From Escherichia phage SM_W22, in the sequence record PP920555.1: a stretch of DNA of 44,245 bases; one strand, written 5' to 3'. Made by a program: the position numbers and the translations under genes. Shown here one piece after another: positions 26,909 to 35,893 of the stretch (positions within the stretch are counted from its first letter, which is position 1; each line of letters starts with the position of its first letter). The notes under the pieces are model-generated. The model had not been told where the DNA came from. It saw only the letters and a program-made list of their open reading frames with translations, and did no database searches.

Positions 26909-26935
26909 TGCAACCAATATGATTATGCAACCAAT
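26909..26935. promoter_or_regulatory. Two direct copies of TGCAACCAAT
   Basis: Copies at 26909-26918 and 26926-26935 in intergenic gap upstream of minus gene starting at 26854. Confidence 0.4.
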
Positions 26936-27253
26936 TTACGCATAAAAGTTCGGGTCGCGTGCGACGTCTACCAGGTAAAGGTTGCTTATGCGGTTGCCGT
27001 AGTGCCCTGGAGTGCGCTGGCGGCACACAACGGCGAAGCCTGGAGGGATTGTATTGCCCGTCTCAATAATCCACGCCACGCGTGCGCCAGACAGCGTCTT
27101 GCCGTTGTATTCGATACGTGTTCCGCCATCGGCGGTATTGAGGTTGCCAATTTTGCAGCCGGTGGACTTCAGACGAATGACGCCGGTTTTGCTGTCGTAG
27201 GAGAATAACTGGTTAGTCATTGCAACCGAAAAATCGATGGCTTCGAATGTCAT
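26936..27253 (-). CDS. HNH_3-like domain protein (possibly catalytically degenerate)
   Basis: GNRISNLYLV matches the NNRIENLRLV-type C-terminal HNH signature; expected upstream D-H replaced by R-Q. Confidence 0.4.
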   Translation of the reverse strand: MTFEAIDFSVAMTNQLFSYDSKTGVIRLKSTGCKIGNLNTADGGTRIEYNGKTLSGARVAWIIETGNTIPPGFAVVCRQRTPGHYGNRISNLYLVDVARDPNFYA

Positions 27254-27960
27254 TTTAAATTTTCCTCGTTAACCGCTATCGCGAAGCCGCGCGGAGTGAG
27301 CGACCGGATTAATTTTGTGCGGGCTGATTTGCCTCCGAGGCGACTATACTGCTTCGAGTACCCTTTTTCAACGAATACAGGCTTTTTCTCTGGCATACGA
27401 AAGCCGTTGCCGGTCCATAAGCAGGTCCGCTTCGGATATGAATCGCGCGCGTTGATGTATTCCGGGAACAACGGGTGCACGTCATCCTCCGGCAGATAGC
27501 CGCCATACTCCCACGGATCAAACGAGTGGTCTGGCTTACGCCACTGTGTGGAAAGCACACTGCGCGGATTCTCAATCATATACGGCACTTCGAAGAAGTC
27601 ACCCAGGTAAGCTGCGATCTTCGCGGTGCGCACCGCCTTAAGCTGGAAGGCCGGGTCTTTAGCACGCTTGCGCGGGAAAGCTGGCGCGCCGCTCACTGCC
27701 AGATCCGTACACGGGGGGAAAGCATAAATGATATCCGGCGTACCGAAATCGCCATTCATCGCTCGGTCCACGAAGTCCAGATCGATAAACTCATTGCGAT
27801 ACCGGATCCCGCGACCATAAATCCGGTAGTCAAGGTATGACCCGTGATCAGCTTCGGAGTAGTTAAAACAGTAGCACTTATGCCCCATCTCGGCAGCACG
27901 CTCAATCATCAAGCCGCTGCCGTCAAACAGTGACCAGATTGTCATTTTCGCAATAGTCAT
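27250..27960 (-). CDS. DNA (cytosine-5)-methyltransferase-like protein, short form
   Basis: Motif I-like LFDGSG, motif IV-like FPPCT (PC catalytic Cys), motif VI-like ENP, motif IX-like RSLTPRGF; only 236 aa so target recognition region minimal. Confidence 0.5.
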   Translation of the reverse strand: MTIAKMTIWSLFDGSGLMIERAAEMGHKCYCFNYSEADHGSYLDYRIYGRGIRYRNEFIDLDFVDRAMNGDFGTPDIIYAFPPCTDLAVSGAPAFPRKRAKDPAFQLKAVRTAKIAAYLGDFFEVPYMIENPRSVLSTQWRKPDHSFDPWEYGGYLPEDDVHPLFPEYINARDSYPKRTCLWTGNGFRMPEKKPVFVEKGYSKQYSRLGGKSARTKLIRSLTPRGFAIAVNEENLK

Positions 27961-29381
27961 TTGCGCGCCTTCTTAGCTTTCATGTATTCCATCAAGTCGT
28001 CCTGAATGTCTCGCTTACTGTCGCGACGCTCGGCGACCAATTCGTCCAGTGTCCCGCGAGCCTGGATAATGTAGACGAATACTGGTCGAGGGTGTCCGGC
28101 TTGCATCTGGCGAACCGGCCCGATACGTTCAACGATCTGCGAAAAGTGTTCAAAGTTCCAGGTGTCGGAGAAGATTGCCAGGTGATGACCGCCGTCCTGC
28201 AAGTTAAGGCCGTGGCCCGCCGATGCCGGGTGTGCAAACATGATGGGGATCTCGCCCCTGTTCCATGCTTCCATATCCTTATTGCCCTGCTTACCTTTAC
28301 CCAACGCAACGCCGTGCGGGAATTTCTTCTTGAGACGTGCCAGATCATGCTTGTACTGGTAGGCAACGAGCAACGGTGCGCCGTTCAACTCCTCCACGAT
28401 ACTTTCCAGCGCGTCCAGTTTAGCGTCGTGAATTTTCACCCATTCGTCGGTGCGCTCGCCGTCTTCGTCGACCTTATACACGGCCCCGGAAGCAAGCTGA
28501 AGGCACTTAATAGTCTTCGAAGCAGCGTTCGCCGCCTCCACCGTTCCGCTTTCCAGTTCGGCAAATAGCTCGCTTTCAAACTGGTCGTAAATCTTGCGGG
28601 CTTTCTTCGGCAGGTCCACAACAACCGGCGTATAGATTGGCTTGTCACACCCGAAGTATTCAGCCGCATCAACGGTTAGCGACACGTCGGACAGTCGTTG
28701 TTGTATTTCTTTCTCGGAGTTCTTAAGCGGGGCGTGCTGCATCGTGAAGCTGCCAGGCTTAACAGGCTTGCTAATAAACCAGCGGTCCGTGAACGCCTTA
28801 TAGCTACTGCCGAGACGTTCGCCGCCGTCGACAAACCACGTCTGACCCCATAGGTCTTTCAGCCCGTTCGGTGCGGGTGTGCCAGTCAGGTTAATCCAGC
28901 GCTTGACGTGCTTATGTGCGATCGCTGCCAGCGCACGGGCGCGCTTACTTCCCTGCTTGCTTCTATAGCCTTTCAGCTTAGTGGATTCATCGGCAACCAC
29001 GACCGTAAAGGGCCACTCGTCGCCGCAATACTCAACAAGCCACTCAACTACATCATAGTTAATACAAACCACGTTAGCGTCGCTCTCAAGCGCAGCGATG
29101 CGGTCCTTCTCTGACCCAGTGCCATCTACTACCAGCAGGGCTGGGAAGCGCCATTTTTCCTGTTCCGGGGGCCATGTGCCAGATGCAACGCGCAGCGGGG
29201 CCAGCACCAGTACGCGGTCATCCTGGTTGGACAGGATGCCGGTCTGGAACATTTTATTCAGCGCCCACATAGTCGCACCGGTTTTACCAGACCCCATTGT
29301 CGCCCATATATTGCATCGCTTATGCTTGAGGATGAACGCGGTTATCAACTTCTGATATTCGCGACGTCGGAAACGTGCCAT
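27957..29381 (-). CDS. SNF2/DEAD-like ATP-dependent helicase
   Basis: Walker A GSGKT, DExx box VVADEST, helicase C-terminal motifs; start placed at MARFRR (track ORF extends to 29471). Confidence 0.75.
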   Translation of the reverse strand: MARFRRREYQKLITAFILKHKRCNIWATMGSGKTGATMWALNKMFQTGILSNQDDRVLVLAPLRVASGTWPPEQEKWRFPALLVVDGTGSEKDRIAALESDANVVCINYDVVEWLVEYCGDEWPFTVVVADESTKLKGYRSKQGSKRARALAAIAHKHVKRWINLTGTPAPNGLKDLWGQTWFVDGGERLGSSYKAFTDRWFISKPVKPGSFTMQHAPLKNSEKEIQQRLSDVSLTVDAAEYFGCDKPIYTPVVVDLPKKARKIYDQFESELFAELESGTVEAANAASKTIKCLQLASGAVYKVDEDGERTDEWVKIHDAKLDALESIVEELNGAPLLVAYQYKHDLARLKKKFPHGVALGKGKQGNKDMEAWNRGEIPIMFAHPASAGHGLNLQDGGHHLAIFSDTWNFEHFSQIVERIGPVRQMQAGHPRPVFVYIIQARGTLDELVAERRDSKRDIQDDLMEYMKAKKARK

Positions 29382-29385
29382 ATCT

Positions 29386-29604
29386 TTATCCCGCCTTTTT
29401 CCAGACTTCGGTTTCACTGTTCCAGTTCCTTTTTGTGGCGTCGTAGTTGGTGCTGTGCCCGATGTGTACACCCGTCGCCCGGAAGCTCTTAAATTTTTGC
29501 CAGCACACCGTCAACGGCAGCGGGTGATTCATGCCCGCGATAAACCATACGCGATCGCCTGGTTTGCATTCGCCCAGTGTGGTGAGTCGGTAGCGTTCTT
29601 TCAT
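29386..29604 (-). CDS. Hypothetical small protein
   Basis: 72 aa from ATG with GGAGAC RBS; follows a minus-strand terminator. Confidence 0.4.
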   Translation of the reverse strand: MKERYRLTTLGECKPGDRVWFIAGMNHPLPLTVCWQKFKSFRATGVHIGHSTNYDATKRNWNSETEVWKKAG

Positions 29605-29616
29605 CGTCATGTCTCC

Positions 29617-29641
29617 CAAAAATGGCGGGACAAGCCCGCCG
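29617..29641 (-). terminator. Intrinsic terminator (minus strand)
   Basis: On minus strand GGCGGGC-ttgt-CCCGCC followed by ATTTTT. Confidence 0.5.
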
Positions 29642-29647
29642 TATTAA

Positions 29648-29821
29648 TTATTTTTGCTCTGCGCGGTAGCGGCGCTGCCGTTCGCGCTCTTTTTTATTGC
29701 GGCACGATTTGCACTCCGCCCGATACCCGTCCGGGCTACGCGCAGTCTTGCCGGTGTATTTGTGGAACTGGGATAGCGGTTTAACGCAGCCGCAATTACT
29801 GCAACGTTTTTCTTCGATCAT
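29648..29821 (-). CDS. Zinc-ribbon protein (CxxC...CxxC)
   Basis: 57 aa from Met with GAGGA RBS; CSNCGC...ECKSC motif similar to N-terminal Zn modules of phage nucleases. Confidence 0.45.
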   Translation of the reverse strand: MIEEKRCSNCGCVKPLSQFHKYTGKTARSPDGYRAECKSCRNKKERERQRRYRAEQK

Positions 29822-29861
29822 CTCTAAAATCCTCGATATGGCTAACCGGCACACTATACCG

Positions 29862-30140
29862 CTATGCGACCAACTCAGCAACCAATAAATCACAGTCGGC
29901 TATGTTGTCAATAACGCGAACGTCGGCGCCGCGGCGAGCCATCCGCTCATGCTCTCGCACCTGGTGCGGCTTCGGTTTTCCTCCTGGGCGCTTCACTTCG
30001 ACGAATACTATGATGCCGTTGATGATGATAATCAGGTCGGGCGCACCTGCGCGCCCCTCCCATGCCACTTTGCGGCAGAATCCACCCACCGCTTTCACCC
30101 GACGCATCAGGTAGCGTTGAATCTTGCCTTCTGGAGTCAT
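29862..30140 (-). CDS. VRR-NUC domain nuclease
   Basis: GAPDLIII...VFVEVKRPGGKP...Q pattern of PD-(D/E)XK VRR-NUC domain; 92 aa. Confidence 0.65.
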   Translation of the reverse strand: MTPEGKIQRYLMRRVKAVGGFCRKVAWEGRAGAPDLIIIINGIIVFVEVKRPGGKPKPHQVREHERMARRGADVRVIDNIADCDLLVAELVA

Positions 30141-30328
30141 TTGGTTTGCAACTCCACGTTGCGCAGACAGAGGTCAACCGGTATGTCCGACCGACCGGTT
30201 AGCGCCAGCGCCAGGTTTTCAGGCGTGACAAGTGCCGTTATGGTTTTGCCACGTTCCAGTCTAATGACGATTCGAATCTCGTCTTTGTCCGCCGCGCCCG
30301 CGCGCATTATGCTAATTTCTGCTTTCAT
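30137..30328 (-). CDS. Hypothetical small protein
   Basis: 63 aa from internal Met of track ORF 30137..30400 (upstream part overlaps DNA polymerase end). Confidence 0.35.
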   Translation of the reverse strand: MKAEISIMRAGAADKDEIRIVIRLERGKTITALVTPENLALALTGRSDIPVDLCLRNVELQTK

Positions 30329-30359
30329 AATCTTATTTCCGTTAAATGCAACATTTCCG

Positions 30360-32651
30360 CTACTTGCGGTAGCGATACATGCAATCGCCTTCCGCGGCAA
30401 GCGGGAACCCTTTCGCCCAAATCGGCAGGTCGCACATCAGCGCGCAAAGTTCCTCGACAGTGTAGTCGTCAGTGTCTGGAACTTCGGTTATCAATTCATC
30501 ATGCACCGATAGAACGATTTCATAGCCCGCAGCTTCAACGCCAGGCATTGACCAGGCGAGAATATCACGGCACAACGCCTGTACTATGTTCTCCGTCAGT
30601 TTGCCGCCGTAGGTATACTGGAAGCCCCACTGGCGCGTCGTCTGATTCTCGCCCTGATATTTAATGCGGGTGCTGGTGCGTTTCTTGCCGGTATCTTCGT
30701 CGATCTCGGTCGTCACTGACAGCGCAATGCCTGGATAACTCATAATACGCCCCGACGGCAACTCAATTTTCAACCACCACCCCGCGGCGTTCGGGTCGTC
30801 GCGTTCCTCGTCGAAGGTTGGGTCATGCTTCGCCTTCGTGCGGACTATCTTGAGCGCTTTCTTACCATCCGGGCGAACGTTCGCGCCAGCCCAGTACGCT
30901 TTGCCCGGATTGCGGATTGCACACAACACCGCGTCCTCAAGCTCGGCCCAAAAGGCTACCGTCTTCGGGTGCGCCTCACGCCACATACGTTTGATTGCGT
31001 CACAAGTAAGCCATACGTTTTTCGGCAGTATGTAAGTCGGGCGCTCGTCCTTCTTGCCCGGCTTCGGCGGTCGCTTCGCTTCGTTAATTCGGGCGTACTC
31101 ATAACCCCGTTTAGCCGCTGCCCAAATGTGATCGGGGAATGTGCCCTTCATGACGTCCGCCATCGCGTAAAGGTCGAGGCCCAGGTTTTTAGCGAACTGC
31201 AAGAACGCAGCCACGCCGCCGCCATAGCCAAGTCCCAACTCACACGCCTTACCAATCTGGCGTAGGTCTTTGCGGTTGGCTTTAATGTATTCCGGGTCAA
31301 GGCCGAACATCTTACCGGCAGTTTCACAATAAATATCGCGACCGGCCCTAAACACCATTAGCGCGGTTTTCTCACCAGCGATCCAGGCGAGGCCACGCCC
31401 TTCCACGTTAGAGTAGTCCGCTACGACAAACTTCTTGCCCTTAGCCGGGATAATGCACCCGCGAACGGTCGAGGCTGTTAGCTTAGATATGTCATACGCC
31501 CAGTGCGCGGTCCCGCGTAACAGGGAATTGATGCCGTTGGTGAGCATGTGCGACCGGACCCAAAACGAGACGTCGCTCTCGCCTTCGCGGCGCTTAATCT
31601 TCCCTTCGTGGTCGTCGCTATACTCGCCGCGTGCCAGGTTTTGAGGCTGGAAGCCTTTACCGGCCCAGCGTAGCGTGCGCTTTGCACCACCATACTGAAG
31701 ACACCCACGGCGTCTACCATCGGCAGACAGACCATTAACGAGCGGATTGTACTTAGTCGATGCCGTTGACGACGCGCCGAGGCGCATTTCGATAAGCGCT
31801 TTGCCTTCGTCGGGGAAGTCCGGGTCTTCAAGCAAGTCGTTAAGTGTGGATTTCTGCGCGTTGTGGATCGTGAACGCCGGGGCGATATCACGCAGGATTG
31901 GCAGGAAGTCATTGCCTGTCAGCTTACCGCCAAATCGCTCCCAGGCTTCTTCCTTCAATTCTTCCTTATGCGCCTGTACCGCTTTGATCGCGGCGTTCGC
32001 CAGGTCAACGTCAACGTAGAAGCCGCGGTCGTTAATCAACTGGTCGATGAGCAGGATTTCATCTTCCTTCGGTGAGTTGCCCCAGTCCGGTATGCGCCAG
32101 TAGACTTCACGCATGGCAACAATATCCAGCGCGGCATAGCGCAAGAATTTGGCCCATTCTTCGGGGTGCGTCTCGCGTGTGTAGCGGCGGATTTTGTAGG
32201 TCTTAGGGGTGGGCTTACAGAATCGTTTAATCAGCGCCTTGCCTGCCTTATCTTTCGCGTGCTCTGCGTCAACGCCCAGCACCTGACACTGCATATCGAG
32301 GCTACCAGGCAGCGCGTGGCGAAAGGCCATAATCATTGTGTCTTCGATCTGGCTTACCGGCAGGTCAATACCCCACTTCTCGCGGATAACCAAGCGGTCA
32401 AACAGGAGGCCGTTAGCCATCACGATTTTTGCTTTCTTGCGGGATACCTGACGGAGCGCCTTGCGCAGTTCACGCGGCATTGTTGGGGATTCAGTAGCAT
32501 CCCATATCTGCACGCGGCCCTCGTCGATGGCGTATGTGCAAATCATAATCTCGGTGGTTGGGTGCTCTGCGTAGGCGTACGCCCCTACTTTCTTCAGGTC
32601 CACCCCGCTAAATGTCTCGGTGTCGAGAAACAGGCGTTCGAAGTCTTTCAT
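30360..32651 (-). CDS. DNA polymerase, family A, with 3'-5' exonuclease domain
   Basis: 763 aa; N-terminal exonuclease motif DTETFSG, C-terminal polymerase region with conserved acidic motifs (VHDELI). Confidence 0.9.
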   Translation of the reverse strand: MKDFERLFLDTETFSGVDLKKVGAYAYAEHPTTEIMICTYAIDEGRVQIWDATESPTMPRELRKALRQVSRKKAKIVMANGLLFDRLVIREKWGIDLPVSQIEDTMIMAFRHALPGSLDMQCQVLGVDAEHAKDKAGKALIKRFCKPTPKTYKIRRYTRETHPEEWAKFLRYAALDIVAMREVYWRIPDWGNSPKEDEILLIDQLINDRGFYVDVDLANAAIKAVQAHKEELKEEAWERFGGKLTGNDFLPILRDIAPAFTIHNAQKSTLNDLLEDPDFPDEGKALIEMRLGASSTASTKYNPLVNGLSADGRRRGCLQYGGAKRTLRWAGKGFQPQNLARGEYSDDHEGKIKRREGESDVSFWVRSHMLTNGINSLLRGTAHWAYDISKLTASTVRGCIIPAKGKKFVVADYSNVEGRGLAWIAGEKTALMVFRAGRDIYCETAGKMFGLDPEYIKANRKDLRQIGKACELGLGYGGGVAAFLQFAKNLGLDLYAMADVMKGTFPDHIWAAAKRGYEYARINEAKRPPKPGKKDERPTYILPKNVWLTCDAIKRMWREAHPKTVAFWAELEDAVLCAIRNPGKAYWAGANVRPDGKKALKIVRTKAKHDPTFDEERDDPNAAGWWLKIELPSGRIMSYPGIALSVTTEIDEDTGKKRTSTRIKYQGENQTTRQWGFQYTYGGKLTENIVQALCRDILAWSMPGVEAAGYEIVLSVHDELITEVPDTDDYTVEELCALMCDLPIWAKGFPLAAEGDCMYRYRK

Positions 32652-32818
32652 TGCTTTATCCTCACTACGGCGTCAGCGCTGCCGATCATGGAGAAGATGC
32701 CGTCGGACAGGGCGATCTCTTCTCCATTGTTGCGAATCTCGGCAACTGTGAAATACTCGCCCAGCAATTTGGACCATACCTGCATTCCGACTTTTACTTC
32801 GCTGGCTTTAATACGCAT
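32648..32818 (-). CDS. Small hypothetical protein upstream of DNA polymerase (coordinates approximate)
   Basis: About 56 codons with AGGA RBS; stop overlaps polymerase ATG (ATGA); below track size cutoff. Confidence 0.3.
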   Translation of the reverse strand: MRIKASEVKVGMQVWSKLLGEYFTVAEIRNNGEEIALSDGIFSMIGSADAVVRIKQ

Positions 32819-32833
32819 TTTTCATTGTCCTAT

Positions 32834-32857
32834 TAAAAAGCCCGCATTAAGCGGGCT
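32834..32857 (-). terminator. Intrinsic terminator after SSB gene (minus strand)
   Basis: AGCCCGC-attaa-GCGGGCT hairpin with A5 on plus side (T-run for minus transcript). Confidence 0.7.
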
Positions 32858-32876
32858 TGAATAGTGGGCTTTGCCC

Positions 32877-33659
32877 TTAACGGCGGCGACGTTTACGTGG
32901 CGCTTCGTCTTCGTCGTCGTCCTCATCTTCGTCATCGCGTGGCTTACGACGTTTGCGAGGTTTTTCATCTTCCTCATCGTCGTCGTCATCGCGGCGCTTG
33001 GATTTCTTGGACTTGCGCGGCTTGTCATCTTCATCATCGTCATCACGACGTTTTGACTTTTTGGACTTACGCGGGCTTTCGTCTTTGTCGTCGTTGTCCA
33101 GGTCTTCATCGGAGCAAGAAGACCCGCCACCGCCGAAGGCTTCACCGTCATCACGGAAGCGTAAACCCAGCAAGCCAGCACCGAGTCCCTTGCCGTTGGT
33201 GTTGTTCCACGCCCAAATATCAAGGGACACGTTGCAATAACAACCAGAGTAGATCTCCTGGCCTTCAATCTCGTCGCCGTCGATGGTCAGACCTTGTTCA
33301 GTCTGCTTCTCGCCGAGTGACGTTTGAATGATTGGTTGTTTGAACGATTTGGCGTTGATATACAACATGCCTTCGAATTCTTCGGTTACTTCATCGCGCT
33401 CGTCGCCGTCGCGCACTGCGCATTCCTTAGAATCCTGGGCGTAGTGGCGGTCCATCCACTTATCGGCATTCTTCTCGGATTTCAGCTTGTCGGTGAGCAC
33501 TGCGCGCGCTGCCGCTTCCACTTTGTCCACCTGCGGATCTTCTTTATCCAGAAGAATCACGGCACGGTATGCCGGTTTTTGTCCATCCTGTTTAGGGGTA
33601 TCACGTTCCCAAATTTTCAGGAAGCATACGCGCACATTTTTCAGGTTGACTTTAGCCAT
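32877..33659 (-). CDS. Single-stranded DNA-binding protein (DUF2815-like) with repetitive charged C-terminal tail
   Basis: N-terminus MAKVNLKNVRV typical of phage SSB of this family; C-terminus has tandem DDDDEDDKPRKSKKSKRR-like repeats. Confidence 0.55.
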   Translation of the reverse strand: MAKVNLKNVRVCFLKIWERDTPKQDGQKPAYRAVILLDKEDPQVDKVEAAARAVLTDKLKSEKNADKWMDRHYAQDSKECAVRDGDERDEVTEEFEGMLYINAKSFKQPIIQTSLGEKQTEQGLTIDGDEIEGQEIYSGCYCNVSLDIWAWNNTNGKGLGAGLLGLRFRDDGEAFGGGGSSCSDEDLDNDDKDESPRKSKKSKRRDDDDEDDKPRKSKKSKRRDDDDDEEDEKPRKRRKPRDDEDEDDDEDEAPRKRRRR

Positions 33660-33714
33660 TTTCCAATTCCTCATTTTCACATGTATCGGGGTTATTGGAA
33701 GCCACCCCGTTCGG

Positions 33715-33738
33715 CTTGGTTGCCAATTTACTTGGTTG
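33715..33738. promoter_or_regulatory. Two copies of TTGGTTGC (reverse complement of GCAACCAA) upstream of SSB gene
   Basis: Copies at 33715-33723 and 33730-33738, in gap between minus genes. Confidence 0.35.
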
Positions 33739-33749
33739 CGCTTAAGCGG

Positions 33750-33992
33750 TCAAGCATTTTCATTAAAAATATTTCTGGTCACGTAGTTGGTAGCGTTCTC
33801 GATCCAGCTTAACGGCGGGCGGTCGATGTTCTTCTCCACCCAATCGACGGCAACTTCGCTATAGCCGTCATCCAGCCAGCGGGTCGGATGGCGAATCATC
33901 CACGCCACCATTAACACGCCTTGCACGCAATGCAGGATAAAGCCCAGCGCTCCGAGCAAAAACATCAATAAGATTGCGAATACTTTATTCAT
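33750..33992 (-). CDS. Small membrane protein
   Basis: 80 aa with N-terminal hydrophobic TM segment (AILLMFLLGALGFIL). Confidence 0.45.
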   Translation of the reverse strand: MNKVFAILLMFLLGALGFILHCVQGVLMVAWMIRHPTRWLDDGYSEVAVDWVEKNIDRPPLSWIENATNYVTRNIFNENA

Positions 33993-35415
33993 TGCTTAAG
34001 TCCTCGTCAGTAGCTTCCGACCACGCAGGGCGCGGGTCGTCGATTGGTGCTAACACCGGTTTAGCTGGTGCGCGCGTGATTTTATCACACAGCTTCGCCC
34101 ACACTTTCGGTTTTTCGTCCTTCAGTACCTTCTCGGCATCGGTAGGGCTGAGCAATGTTTCTTTGTACATCACATCGCGCTTGATCCGGGCCTTCGTGAA
34201 GATTTCAATCACTTCGCTTTCGTCTGCCCACTTGCGAATCCCTTCCTTACCGGCAACCATCTTGAGGCCCAGCGATTCGCCATCGCCCGCCATAACCGCT
34301 TTGAATACCGCGGACTCGATAGCCTTGATGTGCTGGCGCATTGCGTCAAGACCTTCATATGCCTTGCGCAGTTCCGCGGCGGTCATAGCGCCTGGGGCCG
34401 CTTCTTTCTTGCCACGCTTCGCACGTCGTGCCGCTTTGCGGGCTTCGCGGGCCATATTGCGGTCGTGATTGGCGCATTCTTCCTCTGTCGCAATACTTAC
34501 GTCGTCGCCCAGGTCTTCGTCTGTTGCCGTTGGTGGGGTCATCGTGTCGATTGCAGCCTTAGCGCGGGCACTACACTGATCCGCAAATCTGCACCACTGA
34601 CACGCATCAACGCTCGGTCGGAAGTCTGCGCGGGTGAGTCCCTTCTTGCCTCGGGAATACGCCTCCAGTGCGGCAATAGCGCGCTTGGATGCAAACTTCG
34701 CGAATATCTCCAGCGCTTCTACCGAAATATCCCACTCCGACGCCCCGCCGCAATACGGCTGGAAGATAACCAGGCGAACGGTCGTAATGTCGTACATAGT
34801 TTGCAGCTTGCGTAGCAGGCCGAGCGCGTACAACATAAGCTGTTTGTTTTCTTTCGCCTCGACCTTATGCCGCCCGGTCTTCAGGTCGCCAACAATCAGC
34901 ATGTACGTTCCATCGGTCTTTTTCATGACCATGACCATATCGGCGGTACCGAACGTTTTAATCCTGTTGCCGTCGATCTCGTAGCCTGAGTGAAGGACGC
35001 GGGTCAGATCGGCGCGCATCTCAAGCTGGACAAACTCTGCCACTTCGAGGAGCGGGCGCCAGTGGTCGATGTACGCGTCGCACTGTTTCACCATATCGTC
35101 GTTGACCAGCACGCCGCCTTTCGGTGCTTTCGGGTGCGCCTTTACCGGCCCCTTACCTTCGTTCTCGACGTAACACCCTTTGTACGTCTTAGCGGTTATC
35201 AGCTTCTCACCGGCGATAATACGGTTGAGCACGACTTCAGATACGGTGTGCATACTCGTACCGTTAATCGCCGCTTGCCCGGATTCGTTCGGGATACCCT
35301 GTTCTACCACCAAGGCGGCGGGGCAACCCATCCATTTTTTAGCACCGGACGGGCCGAGTAATGAGTGTTCCGTATTGCTACCGGATTGCGTTTTACGTTT
35401 TGGTTTAATCGCCAT
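33985..35415 (-). CDS. PD-(D/E)XK exonuclease (DUF2800 / Cas4-like, with Cys cluster)
   Basis: 476 aa; nuclease core plus Cys cluster (CGG...CQWCRFADQC); paired with DUF2815-like SSB as in other phages. Confidence 0.65.
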   Translation of the reverse strand: MAIKPKRKTQSGSNTEHSLLGPSGAKKWMGCPAALVVEQGIPNESGQAAINGTSMHTVSEVVLNRIIAGEKLITAKTYKGCYVENEGKGPVKAHPKAPKGGVLVNDDMVKQCDAYIDHWRPLLEVAEFVQLEMRADLTRVLHSGYEIDGNRIKTFGTADMVMVMKKTDGTYMLIVGDLKTGRHKVEAKENKQLMLYALGLLRKLQTMYDITTVRLVIFQPYCGGASEWDISVEALEIFAKFASKRAIAALEAYSRGKKGLTRADFRPSVDACQWCRFADQCSARAKAAIDTMTPPTATDEDLGDDVSIATEEECANHDRNMAREARKAARRAKRGKKEAAPGAMTAAELRKAYEGLDAMRQHIKAIESAVFKAVMAGDGESLGLKMVAGKEGIRKWADESEVIEIFTKARIKRDVMYKETLLSPTDAEKVLKDEKPKVWAKLCDKITRAPAKPVLAPIDDPRPAWSEATDEDLSNE

Positions 35416-35594
35416 TATTCCACCCGTGTAAACTGGACAATTACATATTTCACATTCGCCAGGCCAGCTTTTTCGACTCGGCGCTTAACTTCATTTTGCG
35501 CGTCCACAAAGCAATTGCTTGCGTTGGTGTTTTCAACAATAAAAGAAGTGTGATCGTTTAATTCGTGGCATGTTGCCAGGACGAAGAATTTCAT
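35415..35594 (-). CDS. Small hypothetical protein (coordinates approximate)
   Basis: About 59 codons; start overlaps upstream stop (TAATGA) and stop overlaps exonuclease ATG, suggesting translational coupling. Confidence 0.3.
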   Translation of the reverse strand: MKFFVLATCHELNDHTSFIVENTNASNCFVDAQNEVKRRVEKAGLANVKYVIVQFTRVE

Positions 35595-35845
35595 TATTTT
35601 GTCTCCCAGCGGTCAATTGTTTTTGCTTCGGATGCAACGGCGAAGCGAACGTATTCCAGATTGGAGTCGGCCCAAATATAAAAGTCGGGATTAGTAAAGG
35701 TGGTGCGCTTAATTTGCGCGGGAGTGTTGCGGCGTTTATCAATTACGGCAACGCGCGATTGAAAGCTGCCGATGCGTTCGAATAGCCAATAGTACGGGCG
35801 CTGGTCGCGGGAGTCCACCGCCTCAATTAGCGTGAAGCGTGCCAT
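35594..35845 (-). CDS. Hypothetical protein
   Basis: 83 aa track ORF with protein-like composition; competing overlapping ORF 35533..35742 is Pro-rich and judged spurious. Confidence 0.5.
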   Translation of the reverse strand: MARFTLIEAVDSRDQRPYYWLFERIGSFQSRVAVIDKRRNTPAQIKRTTFTNPDFYIWADSNLEYVRFAVASEAKTIDRWETK

Positions 35846-35893
35846 TGTCTCGTCCTCTAAAAATAGGCCCGCTAATCTGCAGGCCGGAATATA

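Noticed and set aside
27957-29471. Helicase start at 29471
   Set aside because: The first 30 aa are low-complexity and overlap the upstream small ORF by 86 nt; the Met at 29381 (MARFRR) sits just before Walker A and gives a tidy 8-nt overlap. Ambiguous without homologue alignment.
32166-32864. 232-aa plus-strand ORF overlapping the DNA polymerase 5' end
   Set aside because: Antisense to the polymerase and to a small minus ORF; Cys/His-rich junk composition.
35581-35641. Base-level discrepancy between my reading of the sequence and the ORF track
   Set aside because: Translating by hand here gave a 1-nt frame offset relative to track ORFs 35594..35845 and 35533..35742. Most likely my transcription error, not a real feature; it is the reason hand-derived coordinates carry a 1-2 nt tolerance.
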